Shown here piece after piece: positions 1 through 11,902 of a DNA stretch of 64,000 nt. A program made the position numbers and the translations under genes. The first letter of the stretch is position 1. Each line of letters starts with the position of its first letter. Source of the stretch: Basidiobolus meristosporus CBS 931.73 (lineage: Eukaryota > Fungi > Basidiobolomycota); the NCBI GenBank assembly GCA_002104905.1, contig MCFE01000017.1, positions 124,001 to 188,000 of the forward strand, written 5' to 3'. The notes under the pieces are model-generated. The model had not been told where the DNA came from and did no database searches. It saw only the letters and a program-made list of their open reading frames with translations.

Positions 1-368
1 ATCCTACTATACCATACTCCCAACATATTGCCAACAGAGGTCTCCATAGTGGCTGTCAAGACATCATTTATCTTTTTGCTTTATAAGGCAATCACATGTA
101 TTGGCCAACTTGGTTTGCTCAAATAGATATAGACCACATTAAGACTATAAAAATGTCACATATATTCACCAGGAGGCCATTCAAACACCTCCAAGTTCAC
201 TACATTATTTGGTAGTAAAATTAGTAAAACACCATCAGGACCCTACTGTACAATTACACAGTGGGCTACAAATTCCAAGTCACTAGCATTGCAGCGGCCT
301 CATAGTGAAGTCCTGACTGTTGAACTGGGTTGGATTTGCCTGTGGGATCAAGTTATTTTATATGGGGG
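1..368 (+). mobile_element. 3' end of a second, diverged CACTA/EnSpm-like element (same family as 3602-9389), truncated by the window edge
   Basis: Bases 215-368 (aaaacaccatca...aattccaag...cctgactgttgaactgggttggatttgcctgtgggatcaagttattttatatgggg) are colinear with the right end of the 3602-9389 element (aaaacaccatca...aattccaag...cttgacggatgatctggattggatccacctgcgggaccaaattatttttcataggg). Confidence 0.7.
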
Positions 369-374
369 CCCATT

Positions 375-640
375 GACAAGATGGAAACAAGGATTCTTAG
401 ATGTAGTATATTGTATCTGAGGCATCTCAACACATTATGCACTAAAAAGTGCTATTTACAAATTATACAAAATTCCATTTTACAAGGATTTCATGGGTGA
501 CAGCAGAACACTGGATGCAGTTGGAGAGGGAACTAGCCATGTTAACTTCAGAAGTAGTAAACTAGTTAACAGATATACCATCAAAGAAGTGTTGTATATC
601 AGAAAGAGCCAAGAACTTAGTATTTGTTGAACTATTGAGC
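375..640 (+). pseudogene. Degenerate Ty1/copia protease-region fragment
   Basis: DNA aligns by eye with 1885-2125 (ggattct.agatg...catctcaacac...ttcatgggtgaca...gatgcagt.ggaga.ggaact...aaagaagt); frame is broken. Confidence 0.8.
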
Positions 641-686
641 TATTTGGTATCACCCCGCAGCAAAAGTCCACTTAGCAACTCTGAAC

Positions 687-1035
687 TGTTGTAAAAATTT
701 GTAACTCCACCTAAATATTCACCTGACTTAGTCACTTAGATCATTACCTTCAAATCCCAGAGAATACTGACCAAATTCTTGGTTGGGATTTACTTGGAAT
801 ATTTTCACCCAAATACCAGGTACCCAGAACATGAAAATTCTCAAAGTTGTCCAAACAGCCCTAAAATCTGCACAAATGCTTTTGGGACCTTCCTTAACCT
901 ACTCTAAGTGCTTACTATGGCAAGACCATGAAAAAGGATAAATACTACTTTTACATTCAATAAATCATCAAGTGATAACTACATAATCTACTTGTTCTCC
1001 AAATGACTTCCAATATCTCCAAGACTTTTACAACA
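687..1035 (+). repeat. 5' LTR of Ty1/copia element (349 bp)
   Basis: TGTTGTA...TACAACA termini; homologous to 10729-11075; followed directly by a copia-type PBS ggttatgtgccc (1036-1047). Confidence 0.9.
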
Positions 1036-4000
1036 GGTTATGTGCCCCAAGCTGTGACTCTCTGCAATGCTGACTACTGCTATTACTGGAATTTTTCCCT
1101 CTGCAGAAAAGTTGGATGGATCTAACTACCAAGTGTGGAAGGTGAGAATGAAGATGCTGCTTCACAAAAGAGGCCTTTGGGATATTGTCATAGAAGAAGA
1201 ATGCCCTCCTAAAATGTGGGAGAGGAAGCCTTAAAGTACCAGAAGAAAGAATAAAGTGCCTTCAACTACATTTGCCTTAATGTGAAAGACAAATTGCTAA
1301 TTCAATGCTCAACAGCAAAAACAGCAAAGAATGCCTGGAAGGCATTAGAAGACACCTACCAGTCATTTTCAGCTGATCAGAAAATGCATCTGAGACAAAA
1401 ATTCTTTACTACAGTGATGCTGCCAGGAGAAGAAATGAAAAATCTAATTAACAGAATTACCCTGCTGTTAGATGAGATGGAATCTGTGGATATACCAACT
1501 ACTGATGAGGATGTGATAGTTACCATCCTGAATAGCCTGACAGACAAGTTTCAAGGCCTTGTATCAGCCCTAGAGTCCAGAACTGAAGATTTGACCTTGA
1601 ATTATATATATGGAAGGCTCCTGGATGAACAATCAAGAAAATTAAGCACCAATAAGAAGGAAGAAGAAAATGCTTTAATTAGCAATGATAACCAATAAAG
1701 CAGGTACTCATGACCCTACAAAGGCAACAGCAGCCTGTTTTGCAACTACTGCAAAAAGAAAGGACACACATCAGACTGGTGCTTCAAAAAGAAAGATATT
1801 CAGCAGAAAAAGCCAGAATATGGAAATGCTGCAACAACTGAAGATAGACTATTCATATTTGCACTAAATATGACCACAAACAAGGATTCTCAGACGTGGT
1901 ATATTGACTCTGGAGCATCTCAACACTTTACACACCAAAAAGAACTTTTTACCCAATATCAAGAAATTACAATTAAGAAGGTTTTCATGGGTGACAATAG
2001 AATACTTGATGCAGTGGGAGAAGGAACTATCCAAGTAAACATAAGAAGCAGCAAAGGAAGCCATACACTGACCTTCAAAGAAGTACTCTATGTACCAGAA
2101 ATAGCCAAGAACCTACTATCTGTAAGCAAGGCCACAGCAGAAGGACTCAATTTCAGCTTTGACAATTCTGGATGCAAGATCACTGATCAAAATGGCACTC
2201 ATACTGCTTTGGGTATCACAGATCATAATCTATACAAGTTGACTAATATTCCATCATATTTGGAAGCCAATATTAGTAACTTACATGAAGAAACACCAAT
2301 GCTTTGGCACAGGAGATTTGGGCACATCAATTTTGATTATTTGCACAAAATGATCAAAGATCAGCTAATTCCTGGAGTAAAAATTAATCCCCCAGCTAAT
2401 ATGGAGCACTATAAAGCCTGCATATATGGGAAACAAGCCAGAAAACCGTTCAAGAGCTCTTGGTTAATCAAGACTATGAAAAATTAGATCTAATTCACTC
2501 AGATCTGTGTGGACCTATGCAAAATTTATCCTTAGGTGGGATGAAGTTTTTAATCAACTTTATTGATGATTATACAAGATACACATGGGTCTACTTCATG
2601 GAGAGAAAGGAAGAAGCTCTGTCTAAGCTCAGGGAGTTTAAAGCCGTGGTGGAGAGAGAAACTGGTTAAAAAATCAAGAAAATATGCACTGACAATGGTG
2701 GAGAATATACCTCAATACTATTCATCCACTTCTGCAAAATTAAAGGGATAAAGCAAGCAACTACTGTACCATACACCCTACAGCAAAATGGAGTAGCAGA
2801 ATGTGCTAACAGATCAATAATTGATATGGCCAGATCTATGGTCCATGATCAAAAATTATCCTATGTTTTTTGGGAGGAATGAGTTGCCACAGCTTTATAC
2901 CTTAAAATAGGAGTTATAACAGAATACTTTGTAATTCTACTCCATTTGAAGCATGGTATGGTCACAGACCAAGTGCAGAACATCTAAGAATATATGCGTG
3001 TACAGCATATTCCAAGATACTGCCCAGAAATCAGTCAAAACTTGAACCAAAAAGTGTAAAATGCATATTTTTGGGTTACTGCAGTGAGAGTAAAGCATGC
3101 AGACTCTACAACACCAAAGCAAAGAAGATAATCAAGTCCAGGGATGTGCTGTTTGAAGAAAATTAAGAATTTTCACAAAAAATGACATCAGATGATGACA
3201 AAAATCTGATATCAAGTCCACATATTATCACAACTGAATCAGAGCAAAACAATGAAAATTTTTTCACTCCAGAGGACTCTACAGCTATGGTTCAGCCATA
3301 ATCAGTGCCCAGGAATATCTCAGAAGTGATCATTCCAGTATCAAATGCCAGGAGATCCAATCAGAGAAGAAATAGCCCAAACTACTATATGAATAATGGT
3401 ACAAACTTAGACTATGCCTATTCTGTCCATATTGATGAATCTCAGACTGTAAAAGAGGCCCTAAATAGCCCTCAGACAAAGTTTTGGAGATCTGCAATGA
3501 CTGAGGAATATCAGGCCCTGATGGAAAATCAAACTTGGGACTTAGTTAAATTACCAATCAACCAAAAATCAATTGGATGCAGATGGGTCTTCAAGACAAA
3601 ACCCTATGAAAAATTATTGAGATGATCCCATCAAAAGGCCATCACAAAGTTAGTTCCCTGTGACTGAGAGGTACTGATCTTGTCAGGACTCCATCCAGAA
3701 ACCATTGAAAAATAATTGCACCCCAGATTTCACAAAAAACTTTGTCAAAATTTTTCATCACAACAATGTATAAGTGGCTTTTGATTGGTTCCCTGCCAAT
3801 TTGCTCACTCTCTGATCCCAGACACTCTATTGCCTCCTATGTTTGTGTGAACTAATTGGCTATTGCCTCTTTTTCACACTCCTTACCTCCTGACTCAACC
3901 ATTTCTCTTACTTTTCATGCGTACAAATTGATTTATTTCAGTTGAAACTTCAGTTGTACCTCAATTGCCAATTGTATTGACCTATACAAGTCTCTATACC

Positions 4001-4180
4001 CTACACTAACATTAAGCCCAACCCCACACTCAACAAGTAACTCCATTAGAATCCACCACTCAATAAGTATTTATGCTGTAACACTCTGGTTCCACATCTT
4101 TGGTGGGAACCCAATGGCTTTATGCCACTGTTTATTCACTGGTTCCCACACATCCTGGTCTTCAGCTGGCACTGCAAGGT

Positions 4181-5999
4181 CTAGCTCCTCATCTGCCAGT
4201 CTTTGCAATAAATCCTTGCAATATTCCAGTGCGTTTTCTGAGCACTGCTCTTGAAGAAGTGCTGCAACCTCTTGGTGTGCCTATTAATGTTCCAAAACTC
4301 CACTGAAGGCATTGTGATAGTCTTTTGAGCTCTTGACATTGTAGCCTTGTCTGTCAGTGGGATCTCCACTCTGTCAATAATGGAGGCTGTGGAGGCTGTG
4401 GTAGACAAATTGCCTTTTTCAGCAAACTCATCTACCTTGCTGGAGTGTAGCTCAACTGGCTGCGCTTCCAACTCTTGTGAAAACAGCTGTTTTCTTGTTG
4501 GTAATTCTTCTTGGCTATGATGGGATTCAGTCTGTTCCTGGCTTGCGGCGTTAATTGGCAAGAACTGCAGTTTTTTTGCATGCCTCCCTGTCTCAGGCTT
4601 GTAATACATTTTTCCCTTTACCTTTTCCTTTATCACTGCCAGGTCTTTCACTGCTACTTTGTCTGAGTGCATCTTGCAAAGAACTACGTTTTCTCCTGGA
4701 TAAATTCTGCTCTGACTCATCTGTTTTGGCCTGCTTGTCCCTTGCTGGCACTCTTCTGGCAACCTGACGTTTCTTTTCAGCTTGTTTTGAGCTCTCAACC
4801 GTAGTTGTGATGGGCTCCTGTAAAAGTGGCTGGTTTTTATCACTGCCAGGTCCTTCACTGCTACTTTGACTGGGTGCTCTTTGAGTGGTACTACGCTTTT
4901 TCCTTGATAAATGTTGTACTGGTGCATCCATGTCTGCCTGCTTGTCCTTAATTGGCACTCTTCCAGCTGCCTGACATCTCTTTGACACTTGTCTGGAGCT
5001 TTTGGCCCTGCTTGTAACGGGCTCTTGAGGAAGCCACTGGTTTTTAGCCATGGCACCCTTGTTCTTCTGCCTTTGATAGTTTCTGCTATTCTTAAGATAC
5101 TTTCTTAGCATACCAATGCTGGCCCAAAATCTGTTTGCCCATTTGAATCCAGGATAATGCTCATGGAACAAGTCAAGTGCATTCTGCTTGGCCTTGAGTT
5201 CCTGATGGTCCCATGGTATGCTGGCCTTAAGGTGATGGCGTGCTAGACTTCTGACAGCCTCTTGTATATTAGCCCACTCTTCATTATTGCACTCAACAGC
5301 TTCATGGATCTTCAATGTCTTTAGATTTTTAGGCTTTGGTATAAACGCCACATTGTCTCCCTCCCATGCTGTGATAGGTTTTTCTGTGGGCTTCATCTTT
5401 GGGCACTGTTGTTGTGCTTCAAAGACTGTATGGTGTTCCTCTGCTGTTACATCAGGAAATGGCCCAGTTCTTGGCTGTGACATTGAGCTACATGAGTTCC
5501 TTCTTTGCAGCAAAGATACTGCTTTCTCTACCTGGGATATTGATTGCTCTACACATATTATCCGCTAATCCTGTGTCTGGACTACTTCCTGATTTCTCTG
5601 GGCCTTTGCATCTATCTTATCAGCCACTGCACCTAATTGCTTCATTAATGCTTTGGTATGAGCTGTCAACATACTTGCTAATATGGGAGGTGGTGATGTT
5701 ATCATGGCCACTTGCTGATCTTCAACAGAGGGTACTGCATTTGCTATATTCTCATCTGCCTGAGCATAATGGTCAGCTTGTGGCTCCACAGAGGTTCTCA
5801 ATTGCCTACTTGACTGAGAGCCTGAGGAGTCTGCATTATTACCTTCAATGGGTACACTGTCCACAGGGCCTTTTTTGGATGTAGTCCTGCTTGTTGCACT
5901 GAATGTCAAAGCAAGCTGTTGTCCAACCATTCTTCTGTTGCCGTCAGCGGTGGGGTTTGGTTGAGAACCAGACAACTTTGCTTTATTTTTTGGCGGCAT
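4181..5999 (-). CDS. Transposon accessory protein(s), divergent from the transposase (ORFs 5565-5999, 4593-5513 and the distal part of 4181-5056; probably spliced or decayed)
   Basis: Long minus-strand ORFs inside the TIRs. Basic, low-complexity sequence around a helical W-rich core (EEWANIQEAVRSLARHHL...IPWDHQ...WASIGMLRKYLKN). Confidence 0.55.
4633..4997. repeat. Imperfect direct duplication with a 207-bp (69-codon) period inside the accessory ORF
   Basis: Anchors tcactgccagg at 4633 and 4840; gcctgcttgtcc at 4729 and 4936. Confidence 0.85.
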
Positions 6000-6380
6000 A
6001 TATATGGAAGTGAGTCAAACCAAAGGGGAAATAGTGTTACATATACGCGTGTATGTGGTGCCACAACTTTATTTATAATGGTTACTATGGCGGGTCATCA
6101 TTGAATCTTACATTCATGTAGGTGCAATGTCTCAAATACAAGACTGTCTTAAGTTCACATGAGTATTGACCAAAAAGTGGTATAATAGCATTACATTGAA
6201 GAAGTTCAAACTGTTTGCCCCATGGACAAGACTACTTTGACTTAATGCCGTAAGAGAAGAGAAAAAAGACCATGTGGCTATTGTGGCAAGCCTCTCAGCA
6301 ATGAAGCACGCAGACAGCATAGGAAGTATTACAAGGATCATGGCCAGTGTTTTGCAACCCAAGTCATATTTGACCATTCA

Positions 6381-8456
6381 TTGGTCACTACTGTACCAAC
6401 ATTATCTTGCCAGCCAGTTGATACTTCTATATCGGCACCTGGCCGTCTTTGTCACCTTGCGCAAACTGAGTCAGGTGAGTTTGTGATGCCTTTAGGCTCA
6501 CCTCAGCCTTCTGAATATGGCACACAGAGTGATAGCTCTGACAAAGAAGATTCACTGATGGATTTTGAGCCTATCTCCCCTAACAACAGTACCACGTATG
6601 AGCCTGGTCAAATCTCTATATGCAATAAGACAACACCCATTGAGACAAATGCCAAGGATACTTTATGGAGCCAAGTGAGCCCAGTAATCCATCTACTGGT
6701 GAATGATGTGATGTTGTGGCTAGAGAAGTGGTGTGTTTCCACAAATATCAGTAATGGGGGCTTTGAGGATTTATTACTACTTCTTGCCAAAATCATACTG
6801 GGATGCAACTTACCATGTACATGGTACAAGTGGACAACTGTCATGTGGCTTGCAACATATGATCCAGAGACTGTCCTGATTCCAGCATGTGTTAACAGTT
6901 GCATGGCATTCACATCCAAAAATGCTACCATTGCAACATGTCCAAATTGTCAGGAATCCACCACCATTGAGGGAAAACATTGTTCACACTCTGGATATAT
7001 TCCGGTCATACCCCGTCTAAGGAAGCTGATGCAGTCTGACAAATATTGCAAAGCTATACAGTACCGCACTCAGTATCAATCAAGCGCAAACATATCTGAT
7101 ATATTTGATGGCAAACATTACAAACAGCTAAGAAGCAAGGGCTACTTTGAAGGTATGTATGACCATGCCTTTGCTTTAGCACTTGATGGATTCTCATTAA
7201 ACAAGTACTCTACTAGCAAATCCTGCTGGCCACTGATTCTCATCAATCTGAATCTGCCACCCATCTTACGGTATCAGAGCAATAATCTGATGGTAGTCTC
7301 ACTGGTATCTGGGCCTAAATCACTGTCCAACCTGGATAGCTACCTGTATCCATTGCTGAATGAATTTCATATGCTTTCCAGCAGGATAATGGTAAATGGT
7401 TGTCATGTAAAAGCGCATATTATTATCTTCATTGGAGATACCCCAGCAATCAGCAAGATAGCAGGTTTTTCCAGGCACAATGGGTAGAATTGCTGTCAAA
7501 TGTGTGAGACCCAGGGGATTTACTCCATAACTCACACACATTATTATTATCCATACACCAGCACTAAGAACATCATCTTTCCACAGAGACAATGTACAGA
7601 AGTAAGCATGCAATTGCAGCAAAGTTGGCAAGCTATAAGCCATTGGCTGGTATATGGAATCAACTGGAAACTGGAGATACTTAAGATAGAGGGTATCTGT
7701 TGGAACAAAAGCTTTCCACTGGGAGCAATGCATTTGCTTTTCAACAATATCCCTATACTGATGACCAAGTTGTACATGGGGCATTTCAAGCTAAATGAGC
7801 CCTTCAAGATACCGGAGATATTTGAAAAAATTGGCAAGATATTACAGAGTATCCGCTACCCTAAGTACTTCTCACAGGCTCCAATTAATATTCATACACA
7901 TATGCAACAATACAAATGCAAAGACTGGATGAACTGGATATGTATTTATTCAAGTGGTGTTCTGAAGCCATTCCTACCAAGAGTACATTGGAAGCATTGG
8001 GTGTCATTTGTGGATATTGTAGGAATATTTATCCAGAAGCAGATCACCAATGCCAGCATGACACATCTACAGCTGTTGTGTGAGGAGTTTGTGACAGGAT
8101 TTGAGCGGCTATACTACAAACATAAAGCTGAATGTGTAGATCTCTGCCGCTACTGTATCCATTCTCTACTCCATGTTGCACGGTGTGTGGAGAATATTGG
8201 GCCTTGCTTCACCTTTTGGGAGTTTCCTATGGAGCGGATGAGTGGGGAGATAGGAAGACAAGTCAAGTTGCAGGTACTACCATATCCCAATCTTATCAAG
8301 AATATTACCTTCAAGTCCATCATGGATGTGATGAGTTGGCACATGGAGGACAGCCAGAAAGAGTTGGAAAATACTGAGGACAAATGTGCACATGGAGACA
8401 CCTATGCCTATGGCATTAAGAAGCTAAGCAGCCTCAATGCGTGGGTAATCAGTTAA
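6381..8456 (+). pseudogene. Tnp2/Transposase_21-family transposase with DUF4218-like C-terminal region; one in-frame TAG at 7485-7487
   Basis: Motifs PACVNSCMAF, CPNC, DIFDGKHY, LALDGF, SCWPLILINLNLPP, GDTPAISK, MHLL, HSLLH...IGPCFTFWEFPMER. ORFs 6381-7487 and 7500-8456 are in the same frame. Confidence 0.9.
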
Positions 8457-10728
8457 GTAATGCAAAGTTGGGTTGGGTGCAACAAGCAACTAATTTTTAT
8501 CAGGAAAACTCCACCAAGATATGCTGGATTTCTCATGGTCACAAGCCAACTTCTACACCATTCAGTATGGAATTCACACAAACAAAAGCCAGAGTGCACC
8601 TATAAGGGGGACTAGAATCCAGCAGGGAGAAGGAATATATTGGCTAAATACCAAGAAGTTCTTTGCCAATATTCAGGAGGTATTCATGGCAGAAGTGGCA
8701 ACAACCAAGCATATGTTTGCAAGATGTATATGCTACCAGCAGTACAAGGTATATGGCAACTTTGTAAGTATCACACTAAAAAGCCATAAAGTTGAGGTGA
8801 TAGAAATATGTCAATTGTGGCAGGTGTGCATGTTTGTAGAGGTTAGTAAGCAAGAGGCCATAGTTTTTTTGATTTGAACTATAAGTGGAATACCCAAGGT
8901 AGTAGTGGGTAAGCAAATAAAGAAAGGTGATTCTACAGTGGAATATATGAATTGCCCAAGGGGAGGTAGAAAAAGGAAATACCATTTGGTAAATTGGTAA
9001 GGTAGCATATACAGAACCAGCGGCAGGCTGTCATACTGCCAAGAAAAAGCCATCAGAGTCTTGCTGTGAGGCTGTCAAAATGCCGTCAAGTTTCTTGCCA
9101 TATAAGGCAATTGGAAGTCCTGGCCAACTGGATCCACTTAAAATAGTAATAGAGCGCTGAAAGACCACAACAATAACATGCAAATATTGTCACAGCACCA
9201 ATCAAAAATTGTCAAGTTTTATCCCTTTATTTGGCTGTAAAATTTGCAAAACACCATCATGATCTTGTTATAAGATTGTCAGGAGGGTCACTAATTCCAA
9301 GCTGCTGTTATTATGACGGTCTCTGAACAGGATCTTGACGGATGATCTGGATTGGATCCACCTGCGGGACCAAATTATTTTTCATAGGGAAAATACAAGA
9401 CTGATGGTACAATTGAAAGATATAAAGCAAGACTTGTGGCCAAAGGATACTCTCAAACAAAAAGACTTGACTATACTGAGACCTTTGCACTGGTAGCCAA
9501 GTTTAATTCTATCAGATTAATATTGGCTAATGAAGCCAAATATAAGTTTTTTATTCATCAAATGGATGTAAAAACTGCATTTTGAATAAAGAACTTGATG
9601 AGGATGTGTATATGGACCAGCCGGATGGGATTGCTGACCAAGATAACCCCATTTGGTCTGCAAGCTTAAAAAGTCACTATATGGTCTCAAACAATCACCA
9701 AGAGCCTGGAATTGCAAGATAGATTCTTATTTGGAATCTTTGAGTTTCAAAAGGAGTAATGCTGACTATAGTATATACTATAAGCCAGATAGAGCAAATC
9801 CAGTTCTATTGGCTCCAGCCTATCTAAGGAGTTGATGATGTCTGATCTAGGAGAACTCAGTTACTACTTAGGGATTAGGTTCTTCATAGACAGAAATACC
9901 CAGACTATCACCCTAAGCCAATCCAAGTATATTCAAGATATACTAAAGAAGTACCAAAAGGAAGACTGTAAACCAGCAGCTACCCCAATGGAGGAAAACC
10001 TTAACTTTATAAGAACTCAGCCAAATCAAGAGAGCTTAGTGCCGTCTGAAAGCCCTCACTTCCCTTATGAGTCTATATTTGGCAGTCTGATATATATCAT
10101 GCTTGGAACACATCCAGATATCTCATATTTAGTGGAGTTGTCAGCCATCACAATCAAAACTATGGATCCAATCATATTACAGCAGTTAAGTGAATTTTTG
10201 ATACCTATAAGGAACTGCTGATATCTGCTTAAGGTACATCTATAAGGACTCAAAACAAGATGCTGATTGGGGACAAAATTTAGAAGACACAAGATCCACC
10301 ACAGGATACACCTTTCTTTACTGTAGAGCAGGAATTTCATGGAATTCAAGAAAGCAACCAACTGTACCACTTTCTACCACAGAGGCTCACTATATGGCAG
10401 CCTGTGAAGCTACAAAAGAAGCAATGTGGTTAAGGAAGCTTTTTAGAGACTTAGGCTTATGTCAAAAAATGCCAATTACTTTATTACAAGATATTCAAGG
10501 ATTTATACAATTAGGTAGAGATCCAACTTTTCATGCTATTACCAAGCACATAAATATTAAACATCATTTCATATGTGAAGCTATGGAGAATAACTTGGCT
10601 AACTTAGTTTACTGTCCTTCAGATGAAATGATTGCAGACATATTTACCAAACCATTAGCTAGAGACATGTTTGAATATCTTAGGTCAAAATTAGGACTAG
10701 TCAGTATGAACATTTGGTTGAGTGCAAG

Positions 10729-11075
10729 TGTTGTAAAAATGTGTAATTCCACCTAAATATTCACCTAACTTAGTTACTTATAGCATTACCTACATGCTCT
10801 AGAGAATACTGACCAAATTCCATGTTGGGATTTACTTAGAATATATTCACCAATATATCAGGTACCAAAACATGAAAATTAGATAAGTTGTCCAAACAGC
10901 CCACACTTTTCACACATGTTCTTGGAACCTTTCTAAGCCTATTTTATGTGTTTTCTATGCCAAGACCATGTGAAAGCATAAATACAACTTTTACATTGAA
11001 TAAATCATTAAGTGAAAACCACATAATCTACTGGTTCTCCCAATTGCTTCCAATATATCCAAGACTCTTACAACA
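10729..11075 (+). repeat. 3' LTR of the copia element (347 bp)
   Basis: TGTTGTA...TACAACA; preceded by purine-rich ggttgagtgcaag after the RNase H end; homologous to 687-1035. Confidence 0.9.
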
Positions 11076-11164
11076 ACAGCAATCTCTTGACAAAAATTTC
11101 TCAAGTATTAACTGACAAGGAACTTGGACAGAATTCTCTAAAGTTTGAGGTTTGTGATCTACAC

Positions 11165-11514
11165 TGTTGTAAGAGTCTTGAAGACATTGGAAGTGATTAG
11201 GAGAACAAGTAGATTATGTGGTTTTCACTTAATGATTTATTCAATGTAAAAGTTGTATTTATGCTTTTACATGGTCACATAAGTAACTATGATAAGTGAC
11301 TATTTTGGTATAATTTCAAACCTACAGCACTAAAGAAAGTTCCAGGAAGCCGTGTGCATAGTTTGAGGGTGTTTGGGCAAGTTAGAAATAATGATAGCTT
11401 CCAGGCCAAGACTATTTTTAAGAATTTGCCAATATCTTGCAAACTAAGTCTTAGGTAAATAACTCATAACTTGGTAACAGGTGAAGTAGAATGTTACTTT
11501 ATATGGAGCATACA
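11165..11514 (-). repeat. Inverted solo LTR of a related copia family (about 350 bp)
   Basis: 11165-11276 is the reverse complement of 10964-11075 (about 8 mismatches in 112 by hand count). Weaker homology continues to about 11390. A TG start on the minus strand at 11514 gives LTR-like length; that boundary is uncertain. Confidence 0.7.
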
Positions 11515-11902
11515 GTTGGACTGTCGCACTTCTTTGAGTGGTGGCCAAGACATGGTCCTTGAATATTGCCAGACTCCTTGAAATCAGTGGTGGATAAAGA
11601 TCTATGAACACACCAATGAGTACGCAGTAAAAGTAATAGTAGATAAGGTTACGGTGGATCCTCAGTTGGCCAATTATCATCTGGGAGTGAGGCTTTTCGG
11701 CGGCCTCTCTTTGAGTGTTGGGTAAGATTTATTTCACGGATATTCGATCAATTTAAAAGATATGTTACAAGGACTGGAGGTTACGGCTTGGATAGCAGAT
11801 TGGCTGGTGGGTGCTGCATGAGTGCAGAACATTTAATACAGGTAGAGATGGGTGACAGCTGCTGACATGTGGGGTAGCTTAATCAGGACCTGTTGGACGC
11901 GT

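Larger units (their letters stand above)
3602..9389 (+). mobile_element. CACTA/EnSpm (CMC)-type DNA transposon, 5788 bp, nested in the copia RT
   Basis: Perfect 13-bp TIRs CCCTATGAAAAAT (3602-3614) and ATTTTTCATAGGG (9377-9389). Flanked by AAAA on both sides; removing the element plus 4 bp restores copia codons TTC AAG ACA AAA TAC AAG (FKTKYK). Contains a Tnp2-like transposase. Confidence 0.93.
687..11075 (+). mobile_element. Defective Ty1/copia LTR retrotransposon interrupted by a DNA transposon (internal parts 1036-3601 and 9390-10728)
   Basis: Domain order is gag (UBN2-like, 1282-1698), zinc knuckle, protease WYIDSGASQH, GAG-pre-integrase LWHRRFGHIN, integrase LIHSDLCGP...PQQNGVAE, RT (GCRWVFKTK | YKTDGTIERYKARLVAKG; KKSLYGLKQSPRAW), RNase H (EAMWLRKL...TKHINIKHHFI...IADIFTKPL). 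Many stops and frameshifts; the RT YVDD segment is missing near 9800. Confidence 0.95.

Noticed and set aside
241-265. CCCTA hairpin as a transposon left end
   Set aside because: It aligns to the subterminal interior of the right-end homology (215-368), not to a terminus.
682-11080. Target-site duplication for the copia element and the solo LTR
   Set aside because: Flanks do not match (TGAAC/ACAGC; TACAC/GTTGG).
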